From Hypanus sabinus (taxonomy: Eukaryota), in NCBI RefSeq assembly GCF_030144855.1, contig NC_082706.1, positions 13,020,001 through 13,084,000 of the forward strand: a stretch of DNA of 64,000 nt, in the 5' to 3' direction. The notes beneath the pieces were generated by a model that saw nothing but the letters and a program-made list of their open reading frames with translations, was not told where the DNA came from and did no database searches. Both the position numbers and the translations under genes were made by a program. Position 1 is the first letter of the stretch; each line of letters starts with the position of its first letter. Of this stretch, positions 33,120-47,350 are shown piece after piece.

Positions 33120-36100
33120 GTAAGTATCTGTAGGCAGCTGTGACTCAGGCTGGCTCCTCCATTCTTCCTGTTCCGCTGCAGAACTGTGGTAACTTTGGGC
33201 CTGTATCTCTCTCTATCTCTTTCTCTTCTCGGGGCTTCTCTCTCCTTGCTGCCCTTAGTGAGGCTGCATCTCCTTCTGAGCGCCATACACCGGTTAATAT
33301 CCTAATCTATTGCCGCATTTGTCCCTTTGTTGATTAAACACTGTTTTAACTGGTAAAACTGAACTGGACTTCCCTATTTAAAACAAAAAAACCTTGAGTT
33401 TTGGAGCTCTGTTCTACCTGATTCTAATTTCACTTCCCTTGACACCAATATTCATAGTTTGTTTTAATCGCAAATCTAAATTTATCTTTTAAGTTTTGAA
33501 CTCTGATGTCTCTGGTCCCAGTTTCCACTTCTCATGTTCAACAAATATTACTGATACTCTTTTTTATGTCCAGAAAATACACTTTGATTTTGACTTTTGG
33601 TATTCTGATCCCAATTTCACTTCTCATGCTATTTACAGTTTGTTTTAAAGGGCGTTCGTTTAGCAATCTATGGTCGCAGTCTTATAGACAACAATTTGAA
33701 ATGTATTTTGTTTCTATTTCAATTTTGGTGAAGATGGGACAGCTACTTAGGAAGTATCACGTTTGGTTTCTTCATTTATATTCTTATATTATGTGCATAT
33801 TGGTGATGTGTTTGTTAAGAGTTCACCCCCAAAATAATGTGGCTTCCAGCTGCAAGTGTCCATTTCTGCTTCTTACTGTATTAATACACTTCAAAATAAG
33901 TTGCCTTGAGTTTCAATCATTGTTCTCTGCCATTTCTCCTTCCTGAAATTTACTTACTTTGACTTTGATGTCCTTTGCCTATTACTAATATTTTGTCTGT
34001 TTGCATTTTCCTGAGACCTCGGTACAGCATTCAGCCCATTGCCTCTGCTCCACCTTTCTATCGTGGCTGATTTATTATCCCTTTAAACCCCATTCTCCTG
34101 TGCCTACTCCCCATATCATTTGACATCCTTACTTGTCAAGGACCTCCACTTTAATTTCACCCCAGTGACTTGGCCTCCATAGCTGTCTGTGGCAATGATT
34201 TCCACAGATTCACCCCTTCCCAGTTGTGAGTAGGTGATATGTGTGGTTATAAAAATATTAAGTGCCTGGATTAGAGAGTCTGAATCATTAGGATAAGATG
34301 GACAAACTTGCATTGATTTCCCTGGAGCATCTGAAACTGAGAGGAGATCTAATACAATTTGAAAAATGAGAGAAATGGACAATCCAGAATCTTTACCTCA
34401 GGGTAGAAATGTCAAATGTCGGAGGACAATGATTTAAGATGAAGGGGACAAGCAGGGCAAGTTTTTTTTAAACACAGTGGTGGGTGTCTGGAACAGGCTG
34501 ACGGATGCGAGTGGGCAGTGGTGTTCAAGAGGCTGATGAGCAGGTTGGAGGAATGTGAATCATATACAGGTTGATTTGGCATTGTGGTCGGCACAGACAT
34601 TGTGGGCCGAAGGGCCTGTTCCGCACAGTTCTATGTTTGATGCTAATGAAGAGCAGATGATTCGCGTTCCTTAGAATTGTAAGTCCTAGCAAATATCTGT
34701 TAAAGTTTATAATAACAATTTTGAGATCCTGTTGAATCTAGAACTCAATTTTTTTTTGAATGTCAGAGTTTTGTTTAATGTATGTTTTTGTAGAGAAACA
34801 CAACTGAGGTCTGTGGAAAATGGGCAGTCCACTTTGTCATGACGACTCCTGACGATGAGAAATGCCTGAAATAACAGGCATGTTTTGAAGAAAAATGGGA
34901 TACCCACTTTAAAGATATTGTGCTTCTAAGCAGAGGATTACTTTTTCTGGTTTTGCAGAATGCTGTAGCCAGCAGTTAACCCAGTTCAGATGAAGTCTCT
35001 TAAGCTGTAGTCTGCTGTCCTGTGGTTGAAGTTCATGCTTGACTATTTTTAAGCGAAGAGGATGTCCATGTGTGTATAACGACCACAGGGTTTTGGCAAA
35101 CAGGAGATGAAGATGGTGGTGATATACACAATCAGTGACCACTGAGAGTATGTTCATGGTCTTCTGTTGTAGCCCATCCACTTCAAGGTTCGATGTGTTG
35201 TGCATTCAGAGATGCTCTTCTGCACACTGTTGTAATACGTGGTTATATGAGTTATAGTCGCCATCCTGTCAGCTTGCACCAGTCTGGCCATTCTCTGACT
35301 TCTCTCATTGATGAGATGTCTTCGCTCACAGATCTGCTGTTCATTGGATGTTGTTTTTTGCACCAGTCTCTGTAAACTTTGGACTTGTGTGTAGAAAATC
35401 CCACAAGAGCAGCACTTTCTGGGGTTCTTAAAATGGCATCTTCCTTCACATCAGTTGCAATGTATTTGGACAAAAAATAGTGAGGTAGTGTTCATGTGTT
35501 TGAATTTTAATATATATTTTTATTGCAGGCCCTTCGAGCCATGCCACTCATCAATCCCAGATTTAACCCAACCCAATCATGGGATAATTTGCAATGACCA
35601 ATGACCTACGGTCCTTGGGCTGTGGGAGGAGACCTACGCAGTCATGGGGTACAAACTCCTCACAGACAGTGGTGGGAATTGAACGCAGGCCACTGTAAAA
35701 TGTTGTGCTGCCCATGGTCTGTTCTGAAATCTGATGGCGGAGGGAAAGAAGCTATTCCGAAATGTTGAGTGTTTGTCTTCAGGGACCTACTTCTCTCTGA
35801 TGGTAGAAATGAGAAGAACACGTGTCACAATTGGTTAGAGTCCTTAATGATGGATGCCACCTATTTGAGGAATTGTCTTTTGAAAGTTTTCTCAGTGGTA
35901 GGGAGTCTAGTGCCGAAGATGGAAGATACTCAAGAATAATTGGATGGAGGTGATTTTCTGGAGAGCTGCAGTAGGAATTTGATATTGTTCACTTGTCAGT
36001 AAAAATCACCATTCCACTTCTGATCATTGATGATACTTTGGTTACCCTGAAGAAATGTTCTGAAGCAGAGACCCCCAACCCACCACAACAACCTTACTTC

Positions 36101-37111
36101 TACAAAGCATTTCAGTAACCAGTAAAGATTTTTTTCATAATTCTTTTTAACAAGGGCTCCCTGGTGGCACATTTGATATCAGGGACAGTGTAATAAGTTT
36201 AAGTTACTCAGGTTGTTAGGGTTAAGTTGCTTGTGTTTTGAACATAATGTTTAATTTGCACTACATTCTAACTGATTTCAGGCATTTCAATTAATAAATG
36301 AAGTCAATATAGGGAGAGACTCTTGTTATTGAAATTCTTTAAACTATGCTGGGAATAATTAGTTATGTTCAGAGGACCTATCATTCACATCAACTTCAGG
36401 ACTGACTAATTTACTGTCTCTGTTTTTCCTGTGTGTGTTGCTTTGATTTCCGGCATCTGCAGATTTTCTCGTCATCGTTTCTGTTTGGCTTTCTGGGTTG
36501 GGAATGAGATTTTATTTTCATTTTCCACGGCACATCATACATTATTTGTGTGTTCAGGAGTTACTGGAGAGCAGGAACAGGACCCTGCTGTAGTCGGTTT
36601 CTTTTTCTGAGTTCTGATGGCCCCCTTCCACTGCTGCCTGTCTGAACTTGTACTCATTCCAAGCCGCTTCATCGACTCAGTTCATTCTTGCTAAAGGGGT
36701 GTTATTTGGTGAATGATGTGGATTCAGCCTAATCCTATTCTTTCTAGGCTGTTCATAGTAAGGGTTTCCAGACTGGGGTCCACAGACCCCTCGGTTAATG
36801 GTAGGGCTGCATGGCATTTTAAACAAGGCTGAGAGCCCCTGCTCTATGGATTTCTCCTGTGCATTGGTGGCCCTACTTGTGCTCTTTGCCTGCTCTCACC
36901 CTGTCTCCAAGCTGTAAGAAAATTGCTTCCAACCTCCAGCATTTCTTTTTTTCCTATTGTCTATACCTGGTTATTAATCAAATTAACTGTGAGTCTCGAG
37001 ACAGTCTCTTTGACTGGTTTGCCCTTTTAGTTTTCCAGTAAAGATTCTGGTTTCTTCGTCTCAGGCACATCAATATGCCATAAATGCTGATTCTCTACTG
37101 GTAGTTGTGCA

Positions 37112-37636
37112 TACTCAGTGGCCACTTTATTAGGTACAATAGAGGAACCCAGTGTGGTCTTCAGTTACAGTAACCAATCTGCTTTGAGGTTTGACTTGCT
37201 GTGTATTCAAGGACACTCTTCTGCACACCACTGTTTGTAATGCATGGTTATTTGACTTACTGTTGCCTTCCTGTCAGTTTGAACCTATCTGGCCATTCTC
37301 CTGACCCCTCTCATGTGTTTTTGCCCACAGAACTGCTGCTCACTGGATGTTTTTTTTCTCGCACCATTCTCTGTAATCTTTAGAAACTTGTGTGTGAAAG
37401 TTCAAGGACGTCAGTTTCTAAGATGTTCAAAACCACCCTGTCTGTCATCAACATTCATTCCATTGTCAAAATCACTTAGATCACACTTCTTCCCTATTCT
37501 GATGTTTGGTCTGAACAATAACTGAACCTCTGGACTATGTCTGCTTGCTTTTATGCGTTGGATTGCTACCACATGAACGGCTAATTAGATATTTGCATTA
37601 ACAAGCAGTTGTACCTAATAAAGTGAACACTGAGTG
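37112..37636 (-). mobile_element. Non-autonomous Tc1-like element
   Basis: TIRs ACTCAGTGGCCACTTTATTAGGTAC / GTACCTAATAAAGTGAACACTGAGT; related copies near 35130-35430 and 53413-53935, the latter reading KKCDLSDFECGLIVG on the minus strand. Confidence 0.8.
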
Positions 37637-38191
37637 TCCCTTACTCTTTGCTCAACTTGTCTGAGTCTGAGTGGACTATAGCTCTTGTCCATTTTCTTCC
37701 TCTTCAGAACAAATTGATTTGTCTTTGCTTTCCATCCCCACTGCACTCTGCTGTTTTGCTTCCTCTAGCATGGTGCTTGGTGAGCTGTTTTACCCTTTGC
37801 CCTTCCTTTTCCATTCTTTAAAGGTGATTATTTCCCTTGATCTCTGCTTCCATTGAAGTCTTCTGTTCCTGGGCATCATTGTATACTAGGAAAGGGGCTG
37901 TGAAACACATCCCTTACCACTTGCCTTTCTACTGTCCAAGGTGCCTAACTTTTCTCCCCGGCAGTGGGGGGGTGGGGGGGGGGGGGGAAACAGTCATTTA
38001 TTTGCACTACTTTCACTTTGTGTCCAATATTTGCTGATCACAATGCTTTCTTCACGTTTGAGATTGTGGAACCGCTCCATTGACTTGTACAGTAAGTGTG
38101 ACTGAAGGTTCTGTTATCTGTGACTTTTAATTCTACATGTATCCATTAAAACCTATCGTCAGCAGTTTTTTACTTGCACCTTCTTGTAGAT

Positions 38192-38437
38192 TAGGGTTTC
38201 CAACCTGGGATCCGTGGGTCCCTCGGTTAATGTAGGGGTCCATGGCGTTTTTAAAAGTTGGAAACCCCCTGCTGTAGATCTATCCTCACATTCCTTGCCT
38301 CAGTACTATCCAGTTCCACATTGAACATTGTACCTCTTGTTGTTGATTTATTTAGAGCAGGGTTCCCAACATATTTTATGCCATGGACCAATACCATTAA
38401 TCGAGGGGGTCCTTGGATCACAGGTTGAGAACCCCTG
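38192..38437. mobile_element. Two 80-bp hAT MITEs in inverted orientation (38192-38271 and 38358-38437)
   Basis: TIR consensus CAGGGGTTCCCAAC; 8-bp TSDs TTGTAGAT/CTGTAGAT and ATTTAGAG/ATTTGGAG; further copies near 36759-36841, 41402-41480, 47922-47996 (TSD CTCTAGAA) and 56697-56776. Confidence 0.85.
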
Positions 38438-38563
38438 ATTTGGAGATGCAGCACAGTAACATGCCCACCTTGCCCTGTTCTGCTTACGTAACCGATTAAC
38501 CACTAACCTGCACAAAATGCTAGTGTAACACAGCAGGCCAGGCAGCATCTATCGGGAGGAGCG

Positions 38564-38601
38564 CTGTCGACATTTTGGGCTGAGACCCTTCGTCAGGACT
38601 G
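38564..38601 (-). ncRNA. Decayed minimal type-I hammerhead ribozyme motif (Penelope-derived)
   Basis: CAGTC-CTGACGA-AGGGTCTCAGCCC-AAAA-TGTC-GACAG: stems I and II and the CUGANGA box are present; GAAA is mutated, consistent with CpG decay. Confidence 0.55.
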
Positions 38602-38860
38602 CACCAGCATTTTGTGTCTGTTGTTTGAATTTCCAGCTTCTGCAGATTTCCTCATGTAACCACTAAGCTGAATGTCTTTGGCCCATGGGAGGAAATGGGA
38701 GCACCCTGAGGAAACCCTTGCAATCACGAGCAGTATGTATAAATTCCTCACTGACAGTGTGGAATTAATCTTGAGTCACTGGCATTGCAGCCTTCATTCT
38801 AAACATGCCACACAAAATTAAAGTGTGTGACATCTCTCTTCTGTTTCTTCAGTCTTTGTA

Positions 38861-39322
38861 CGAGGGGTGATTGATAAGTTTGTGGCCTAGGGTAGAAAGA
38901 GTCAATTTTAGAAAACCTAGCACATTTATTTTTCAACACAGTCCACTCCTACATTTACACAGTTAGTCCAGCGGTCGTGGAGCATATGGATCTTGGACCT
39001 CCAGAAAGTGTCCACAGCAGGGTTGATTGATAAGTTTGTGGCCTAAGAGTTGTACAGCTCTCGTTACATGCACGCGCAGTTCAACTCTTTGAGTAATTAA
39101 ACTGAAAGTTTGAACTTAATAACTCATCTTCTACCTTAGGCCACGAACTTATCGATCACCCCTGCTGTGGACACTTTCTGGAAGTCCAAGATCCGTATGC
39201 TCCACGACCGCTGGACTAAGTGTGTAAAATGTAGAAGTGGACTATGTTGAAAAATAAATGTGCTAGGTTTTCTGAGTTTGACTCTTCCTAGTGTAGGTCA
39301 CAAACTTATCAATCACCCCTCG
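38861..39322. mobile_element. Mariner-type fold-back MITE, 462 bp
   Basis: TA TSDs; termini CGAGGGGTGATTGATAAGTTTGTG / CACAAACTTATCAATCACCCCTCG; inverted arms of about 190 bp; the terminal motif is repeated internally. Confidence 0.9.
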
Positions 39323-42300
39323 TATCTGTTTGAATCCAGTTAAATCTCTAACTTTTCCCAATTCTGTTGAAAGTGTATCAACTGATCTATGAATTCCTGG
39401 CTTTTAATTCCAAGTTCTCAGCATCTCTAGCACTGAATTCTCTACTTTTCCCTCTTCTTACTTGCACCAATTACCTAGCCCCAATTGCCATTAGAAAATT
39501 CATTACTTAGTTGCCTTTTGCATTATTTTTAATCTTACACATTTAGCAAAGGAAGGGCTATAATAGGAAAATGATGATGGCATCACTCTTGCAAGCTTCT
39601 TTCTCTGCAAACAAACTTGCTGTGTATCCTCCTGTAGTCCTTGGTTGTTTCTTCATTACAGTTGATTTGCAAGAATTGTTCTGCAGTTCCTGCTTCTTCC
39701 AGGCCTTTAAGCGACAAAGTTTAATGTAATTTGAGGGGCCAACTGAAGACAGTTGTAAAGTTTACGTCATCCATTTTATAAAACATAGAACAATTGGTCA
39801 CATGGGTGTGATTGGGTGGTGCAGAACGGAAGGGCTTGTTACCATGCTATATCTCTAAATAAATAAATAGAGGTTGTGCTGACCTTTTAATCTAAGATCA
39901 ATCTAACCCTTCCCTCTACATAAACAGAAAAATCTAAGATTATTTATTTAGAGATTCAGCATGTTAACAGGCTCGTACATCCTGCACTGCCCAATTATGT
40001 CCTTATGACTAATGATTTTGTGTTCTGTGAAATGGATGATCAAGCTGTCAACAGATGGGGTCTCAAGTTGCATTAGAATACATAACTCTGTTTTATTTAT
40101 CATTCACGTGCTTCAGAGTTTCCTAAATGCCCCGGTGTGTCCATCTCTGCCACCACCCCTGGCAACGTGTTCCACACACCCATCACTGTTTTTTTTAAAG
40201 AAAATGTGCCTCCGACATCTTATTCCCCCCCCCCACCCCATTATTTCCTCCAAGCACCTTTAAAATTGTGCTTTAGTGGATTTGCAGAGTGGTATGTTGC
40301 TGCCTATATCAGCAAGTCGTATAAGGGTTGTCGAACTGCATCTATTGAAAGTTTTTTTTCACTCCTGCTTTTTGAAAATGCTATTATTTTTAATCAAGTT
40401 TTAAAATGGCTTTCGTAGCGCAATCTACGCACAATTGTAGCAGTACTGCTTATTACATGATGCCACCATCATTAAATATGGTTTGTAGCCTTGTATCGTC
40501 ATGAATCTTCTGGCACATTTCTTAAACAAAGCATTCTTTTTCTAACAAGTTTGCATAGTGTTAAGGTTTGTCCTGCTGAAGGCCAAGACTCGGAGCTCAA
40601 CAAGCCACGTGAACGGAACCAGTGAGGATAAAAAAAGACACTATTATCGAAGCCCTTTTCTGAAGTGGTGTTCAACTTAATAAATCTCAGTGCAATTTCT
40701 GGCTCACGGCAGAAGTATTGGATGTCTTGTCTTCAGTTTCTGATACTTTGGGTAGCAATTCTAACTATAATTAAAGCTAGGGTGGTGTGGCAGGTAGTGC
40801 TGCTGACTATGTACTGTCTGTGATTGTGTGATATCCCACCACTACAGGGGCTGTGGTTTCTATCTTTGTCCCACAGACACAGGTTAAATGACTACTGTAA
40901 ATTGCCCCTAGTGTGAGCAAGTGACAAAACAAAGAGTTGATGGTCATGGGAGGGGAGATTAATTGTAAGGCAACAGGGAGCTGGGAATGGAACTAATGCG
41001 ATTGCATTGCTAGAAGCTGATATGGATCCAGTGGGCAGAACAGCCTCCCACAGTGACATAAGTCAATATTTTAAATGCACTGTGAAGAATTATGAAAGAC
41101 GTATTGTTCAAGAACCTCAAACTCAAAAGTAATATTTATTATCAAAGTGCATATATATCACTATATACTACCTTGATATTCATTTTTTTGTAGGCATTAA
41201 CAGTAGAACAAAAATACAATAGAATCAATGAAAAACTACACACACAACCAATATGCAAAATGAAACAATGTGCAAATACACAAAAAAAAAACTGGGAACA
41301 AGTGTTGTATGGTCCTTGAAAGTAAGTCCATGGGTTGTGGTGAGTGAAGTGTAATAACTGTACTTGAACCTGGTGGTGTGGGACCTAAAGTCCCTGTACC
41401 TCAGGTGTTCTTAGTCTTTTTATGCAATGGACCAATGCCATTAAGAATGTGGTCTGTGGACTCCCAAGTTGGGGCTCCTGCTATACTTTCTTCCTGATGA
41501 CAGCAGTGAGAAGACCCTGGATGGTGGTTTCTTGATGATGGGAGCTGTTTTCTTTGTGGCAGAACTCCTTGTAGTTAAGCTCAATGGTGGTTTCTTTTTT
41601 ATACTAATTTATGAACTTTAATAATTTTTCATTATACTTTTGAGTGATCTAAAATAACGAGTTGTAAAGCCAAATCTTTTCAGGGTAAAAAAAAACTTTT
41701 AATTGAAAGCTCAAAGGCTTAGGAAATCACATATACTGATAGAGGTGCCCTTAAGACCCAGGACTGTTTTGCTTTGATTATAAGCCTGCTGTAGCTGGTG
41801 TCTGTCACAGTGCATCCATAAGCACTGATCACAGATTGTACACCTGCCTTCTTGAAGGGTTGGGGATGGTGAGGACTAACTGAATCTCATTTGCACCTAC
41901 TCCAGGAAGCATTAAAAATGGAGGTGGATAAGTACTTAATAATCAGGAGATGGAATGGTATAGAGAAATTTCCCAGAAGGTGTTGATGCCAGCATAGATT
42001 AGACAAGATCTAATGTTCCTCTGTTCTTGTTATTTGTGCGAGGGACCACAAGACTGGGAATCATAGAGCACTACAGCATAAAACCAGACCTTTGGCCCAT
42101 GTAATCAGTGCTGAACTATATTCTGCCTCGTTCTATCAATGTGTACCTAGATCAAAGCCTCCTTCCCATCCAAGTACTTATCCGAACGTCTCTTAAACGT
42201 TGCATCAAACCGGGGTATCCACCACCACTTCTGGCAGCTTGTTCCACACTCTAGTTGAAGCTCCTCCTCATGTTTCCCTTAAACATTTCGCCTTTAACCC

Positions 42301-45300
42301 ATAACCTCTAGTGCTAGTCTCACCCAGCCTCAGTAAAAAAAAAGCCTTAAAGTCAATAGAGATTTTTTTAAAAAATCTGAGCAGGCCAATTTGCCTTTTG
42401 AGCCTCCTCTGCCATTCATAGCAGATCTTAAACCTCAGTACTATTTTCACCAACAGCATCCGTAGCCCATGAGGTAGAGAATTCTAAGATTCATACCTAC
42501 CAAGTGAAGAAATTTCTCTTCATCTCAGTCCTAAATGACTTCCTTATTATGAAATTGTTTCCACTAGTCCTGGACTCTTCTGCAAAGGAAACATCTCTGT
42601 CCCCAGTCTGTCAAGCATTATAAGAATTTTGTTTTGATAAGGTCTGTTCTCATTCTACCGAATTTTAAAGAACCTCAGCCCAGTATACTTGATCACATCT
42701 CATCCAGCAAACCCTGGAACCCAAGTTCCGCGAGGTTTCCTGGGTACTATATAGTCTGGGTGCTGTCCCACCGAGGCCCTGTACACTTTCAATGTCTTCC
42801 TTACTCCTGTATTCAAATCTTCTCATGATGGCAACATAGCTTTCACCTTGCCAATCACTTGCCCTACCTCCACCTTGGCCTTAAGTGACGTGTAAGGGCA
42901 TATATGGTTAGTGTCTTTGAATGTTGTCCCAATTACTTGGTGTTCAAAACTCTTCTTTTCTGTTGTGTGCACTAAGGTCAATGACTTGTGTTTTTCCACC
43001 GTGTATTCCACCTGACATACCCTTACACAATCACCCAGCTTTTCCCTATTAACAAACTTGAAAAGCCCGTGTAATTTGTACACTTCAGCTAGATTATGGA
43101 TGGTGAATAGTTTGAGCCCAAGCACTGATCATTGAAATATTCCACCCTTCCTACCTGAGCAAGTTACATTCATTCCCATTCTTTGCTTTCTGTCTGATAA
43201 GCATTTTCAGTTAATGGCTCTGTTATCCCCCATTTCATGCACTTTAAACTTTTTGACTAGCTTCTTCTCTGGGACTTTATGAAAAATTTCTGAAAATCTA
43301 AATACAACACATCCACTGGTTTTCCCCTTATCTATTCCACCAGTCATATCCCCATAGGTCCATTTGGTTAGTCAAATGCAAATTTCATTTTGACTTTGCT
43401 CATTGCAACTATTCTTACTGAGATGTTATAGATTATAGAAAACCGGACAGTACAGCACAGTTAGTTTTGATACAAAGATGAATGGAGGGGCAGATAAGCT
43501 GCAGAAGGAAAATTAGTAAGAGAAGTGGCACTGTTGGGAAGTGTATGGTCATGCACTTTGGTAGAAGAAATAAAAGCAGACTGTTTTCTAACCAGAGAGA
43601 GAATTCATCAATCTGAGATGATAAAAGACTTGGGAGCACTCATGCAGGGTTCCCTAAAGGTTACTTTGCAGAAAGTTGGTGGTGGTGGAGGCGAATAGCT
43701 TCTTGATTAGTCAGGACTTGAAAGGTTACAGGGAGAAAAGGAAGGAGAATGGGGTTGAGAGAGTGGTGGATCAGTCATGATGAAATGGTGTAGCAGACTT
43801 GATGGGCCAAATGGCCTGATTCTGCTCCTATGTCTAATCATCTTGTACAGGCCTTTGACTCATGATGTTTTGCTGATCTTCTAATTGCTCTTAGAGTAGG
43901 TTTAATCTTTCCCTTCTACATTGCCCTCCATTTTTCTTTCATCCATGTGCCTATCCAAGAATCTCTTAAATCTACCTCATGCATCTGCCTCTACCACCAC
44001 CCCAGCAGCAAGTTCCACAAAAATAAAGAAAGAAAAACCTACCTATGACATCCCACCCTCCCATACATTCCTCTAATCACCTTAAAATTATCCCCCCCCC
44101 ACCCCCCTTGTATTAACAATTTCTGCTCTGGAATAAAATGTTATAGTATAATACAGACAAACTCATTGATGGCAAACATGTAGTCCACCTGAGCTAATCC
44201 TGTGTGGCCCATATTCTTTTATCCATCTAATGATCTAAATCTCTTTGATATGTTACTATTGTGCATGCTTCAACCACTTCCTATGGCAGTTTGTTCCATA
44301 TCACACAGTCCTCTGTGAAGGAATTGCAACTCTGGTCCATTTTCAGTCTTCTCTCCCCTTCCCTCCCCCCCCCCCCCCCCACCACTTTAAACCTATTGAA
44401 CTTTTGGTTCCCTTTCCCTCAATAAAAGGCAGTGTGACTGAATGCACATAGTCAGAGAACAATACATCATGGAAACAGGCCCTTCCTGTTCTGAACTTGT
44501 TTCCCTGTCCCTGGGGAGAAAATCTGTTTGCATTCACTCTCTCTGCCCCCTCACAATTTTATAAACCTCTATAAGGTCACCCTTGGTCTCCTACTGCACT
44601 CCAAGGAATAAAGTCCTAGCCTGCCCATCTCCCAATAACCCATGTCCTTGAGTCCTGCCAACATTTTTGTAAATATTCATGGCAGCGTTTTTCATCTTTC
44701 CTCTAACCGGGTGATCAAAACTGTAAAAGATGTTATGTTATTACACCCTTTGTTGTGGATTCCAACTTTTTGCCTACTTTGACTAGCTTAGAGCCTAGAA
44801 CAATACAGCACAGGAACAGACCTTTCAGCCCACAAGGTCGTGCCAAACTAGCTAAAAAGTAAATCCAAAAATGAATCCCTCCTACCTACACAATGTCCAT
44901 ATCCCTCCATCTTCCTCATCCCTATTCCTATCTAAATGTCTCTTATAAGCCTCTAATGTATTTGCCTCTACCACTATAGCAGGCAGTACATTCCAGGTAT
45001 CCACCAGTCAGTGTAAAAGAAACACACTTGCCTGTCACATTCCCTTTGAGCCTCTCACCTTCAATGCATGCCCTTTGGTATTAGACATTTCTACTCTGGA
45101 GGGGGAAAAGGATACTCCCTACTCTCTCTCATTGCTTCTCATAATCTTGTAAATCTCTTATCAGGTTTCCCTTCAGCCTTAAATGCCCCCTAAACCTTTT
45201 ACTGCCTCTGTGTGTGCCTGTATCTCTTTTTCTTAAATAGTGGGGTTATAATTATCACTTTCCATTTCTAAGGAACATATTATGAAATCTACAGAACTTT

Positions 45301-45682
45301 GGAAGATAATAACCAGAACATCGACTAAGTCAAAAGCCATTCCTTTCAAAACTTTGGGATGTAAACTATAGGGACCTTTGGCTAGAGTTAGAATTTCTAG
45401 GGATTACAGTTTGGGTCATTTCTTAATTCCGCCAGTTTCTCATACTTGCCAGGCCCTTAATCGTAGACCTCTGAGGACTGACATAAAATTTTATTTCCTC
45501 AAAGTGGTCTTCATTTGATCTCGCTAATCTCTTGCTTTTTGTGTAAAGTTTTCAGTCTGCTTTTATACTTTTTGCCACTATTTTGTCTTTTATCAATTTT
45601 TTTGTTCTTTTCTCGATTCTAAAATATTCCCATTCATCAACCGTGTTGTGTTTTTTTTAGCAATTTAAAACACTGGTTTTAA

Positions 45683-45966
45683 AGTGTGGCATGTGGCCAA
45701 GTGGTTAAGGCATTGGACTAGCGATCTAAAGGTCGTGAGTTCGAGCCCCAGCTGAGGCAGAGTGTTGTGTCCTTGAGCAAGGCACTTAACCACACATTGC
45801 TCCAGTCCACCTGGCTGAAAATGGGTACCGGCAGAATGCTAATACACTGGCGTCCTATTGGGGGGGGGGGGGGGGGCGGGGAGTCTTGTACTTTCAGTCG
45901 CTTCACGCCATGGAAACTGGCATAAGCATGGGCCTGGTGAGCCTATAAGGCTTGGGACAGACTTTA
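45683..45966 (+). mobile_element. tRNA-headed SINE with target-site duplication
   Basis: A box TGGCCAAGTGG, B box GTTCGAGCC; 11-bp TSD ACTGGTTTTAA (45672-45682 and 45967-45977). Confidence 0.85.
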
Positions 45967-46759
45967 ACTGGTTTTAATACTTTGAATTTCTTCATTTAGT
46001 CATTGATGAATTGTTTCTCCCATTTGTGTTTTTTTTTGTCTTTGTATATATATGTAAACAATTTTTGCATTGTTTCTTAAATGCCTGTCCACTATCGCAC
46101 TTTCCAATGTATCTTGCCACTCAATTAGGGCCAAGGCGCTTCTCTTCCTTCATATTTGCCTTTGTTTATATTTGAACAGAATTTTTTAGAAGCTCCATTG
46201 AGAGTGTCCTGACAAATTGCATCCCCATCTGGTATGGGAGCAGCAGGGCATCGGACCAGAAGTCCCTACAAAGGACTGTGAGGATCATAGGGGTCTCCTT
46301 ACCTTCCATCGGGGATATTTATCAGGAGTGCTGCTTATGCAGGACCCTTAGTATTATCAAGGTGCCTCCCTTCCATTCAGCATCTGCAGGAGAATCTGCA
46401 CAAAAGCAAGAATGATCAGAATGGAAAACACTTTATTCCCTCAAGTCATCTATACCTTACAATATTCAATTTATGCTCTTTACTTTGTTTATGTGAAACT
46501 CACCTTTATCCTTGCTTTCCTCAGTTATTGTGTTTTATGTGTACTATTGTGCTCTTCACCCTGGTTCCGAGAAATGTCATTTGCCGGTATGTATACATGT
46601 ATGTAATTCAATGACAATAAACTTGATTGTAGTGGAACCAGATGTATTCAAATTCTACCACCTCTTTTCACTGCGTGAGAGCAAACGTACAATGCTAGCA
46701 CGTGAGTGCCATTACAAAGAAGTCAATGCAGTGCTTTTGCTTTGTTGGAAATTTGTGCA

Positions 46760-47350
46760 GATTTGCATGGCCTCCAAAATATTAGCAAACTTCTATAGAT
46801 GCAGTGGAGAATATCCTGACTGGTTGCATCATGGTCTGGTCTAGAAATACCAATGCCCTGGAACAGAAAAGCTGACAAAGTAGTTGATAGCCCATTCCAT
46901 CACTGATAAAGCCCCCTCCTCCAATAATGCACATCTACAAAGAGCACTGCCACAAAAAAGCAGCCAGCATCATCAAAGTCCCCCACTATACAGGCCATAC
47001 TGTCTTCTCACTACTACCATCAGATAGAAGGTACATGACCTTGGGTCCCACACCAACAGGTTCAGGAACAGTTATTACCCTTCAAACATCAGGCTGCTGA
47101 ACCATCATGGATAACCTCGCCTCAACCTCTGGACTGATACCACAACCTGTGGACTCCCAACTTACTATTATTATTTTGTTTGTATTAGCACAATTTGTCA
47201 CTTTTGCACATTGGTGGTTTGTCTGTGTGTAGTTTATTATTGATTCTATTGTATTTCTTTGGTCTACCAATAATGCCTTCAAGAAAATGAATCTTGGGAT
47301 AGTACATGGTGACACGCGTACTTTGATAATAAATTTACTTTGAATTTTGA
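46760..47350 (+). mobile_element. Rex1/Babar LINE 3' fragment
   Basis: MASKILANFYRC motif and the family tail ACTTTGATAATAAATTTACTTTGAA. Confidence 0.7.

Noticed and set aside
33506-33946. 146-aa hydrophobic ORF in MOB1A intron 1
   Set aside because: T-rich intron composition (F/L/I/S bias), no homology that I recognise and no supporting gene structure.
45683-45760. tRNA gene
   Set aside because: A and B boxes are present, but the sequence runs into a SINE body bounded by an 11-bp TSD, and I see no complete acceptor stem or terminator.
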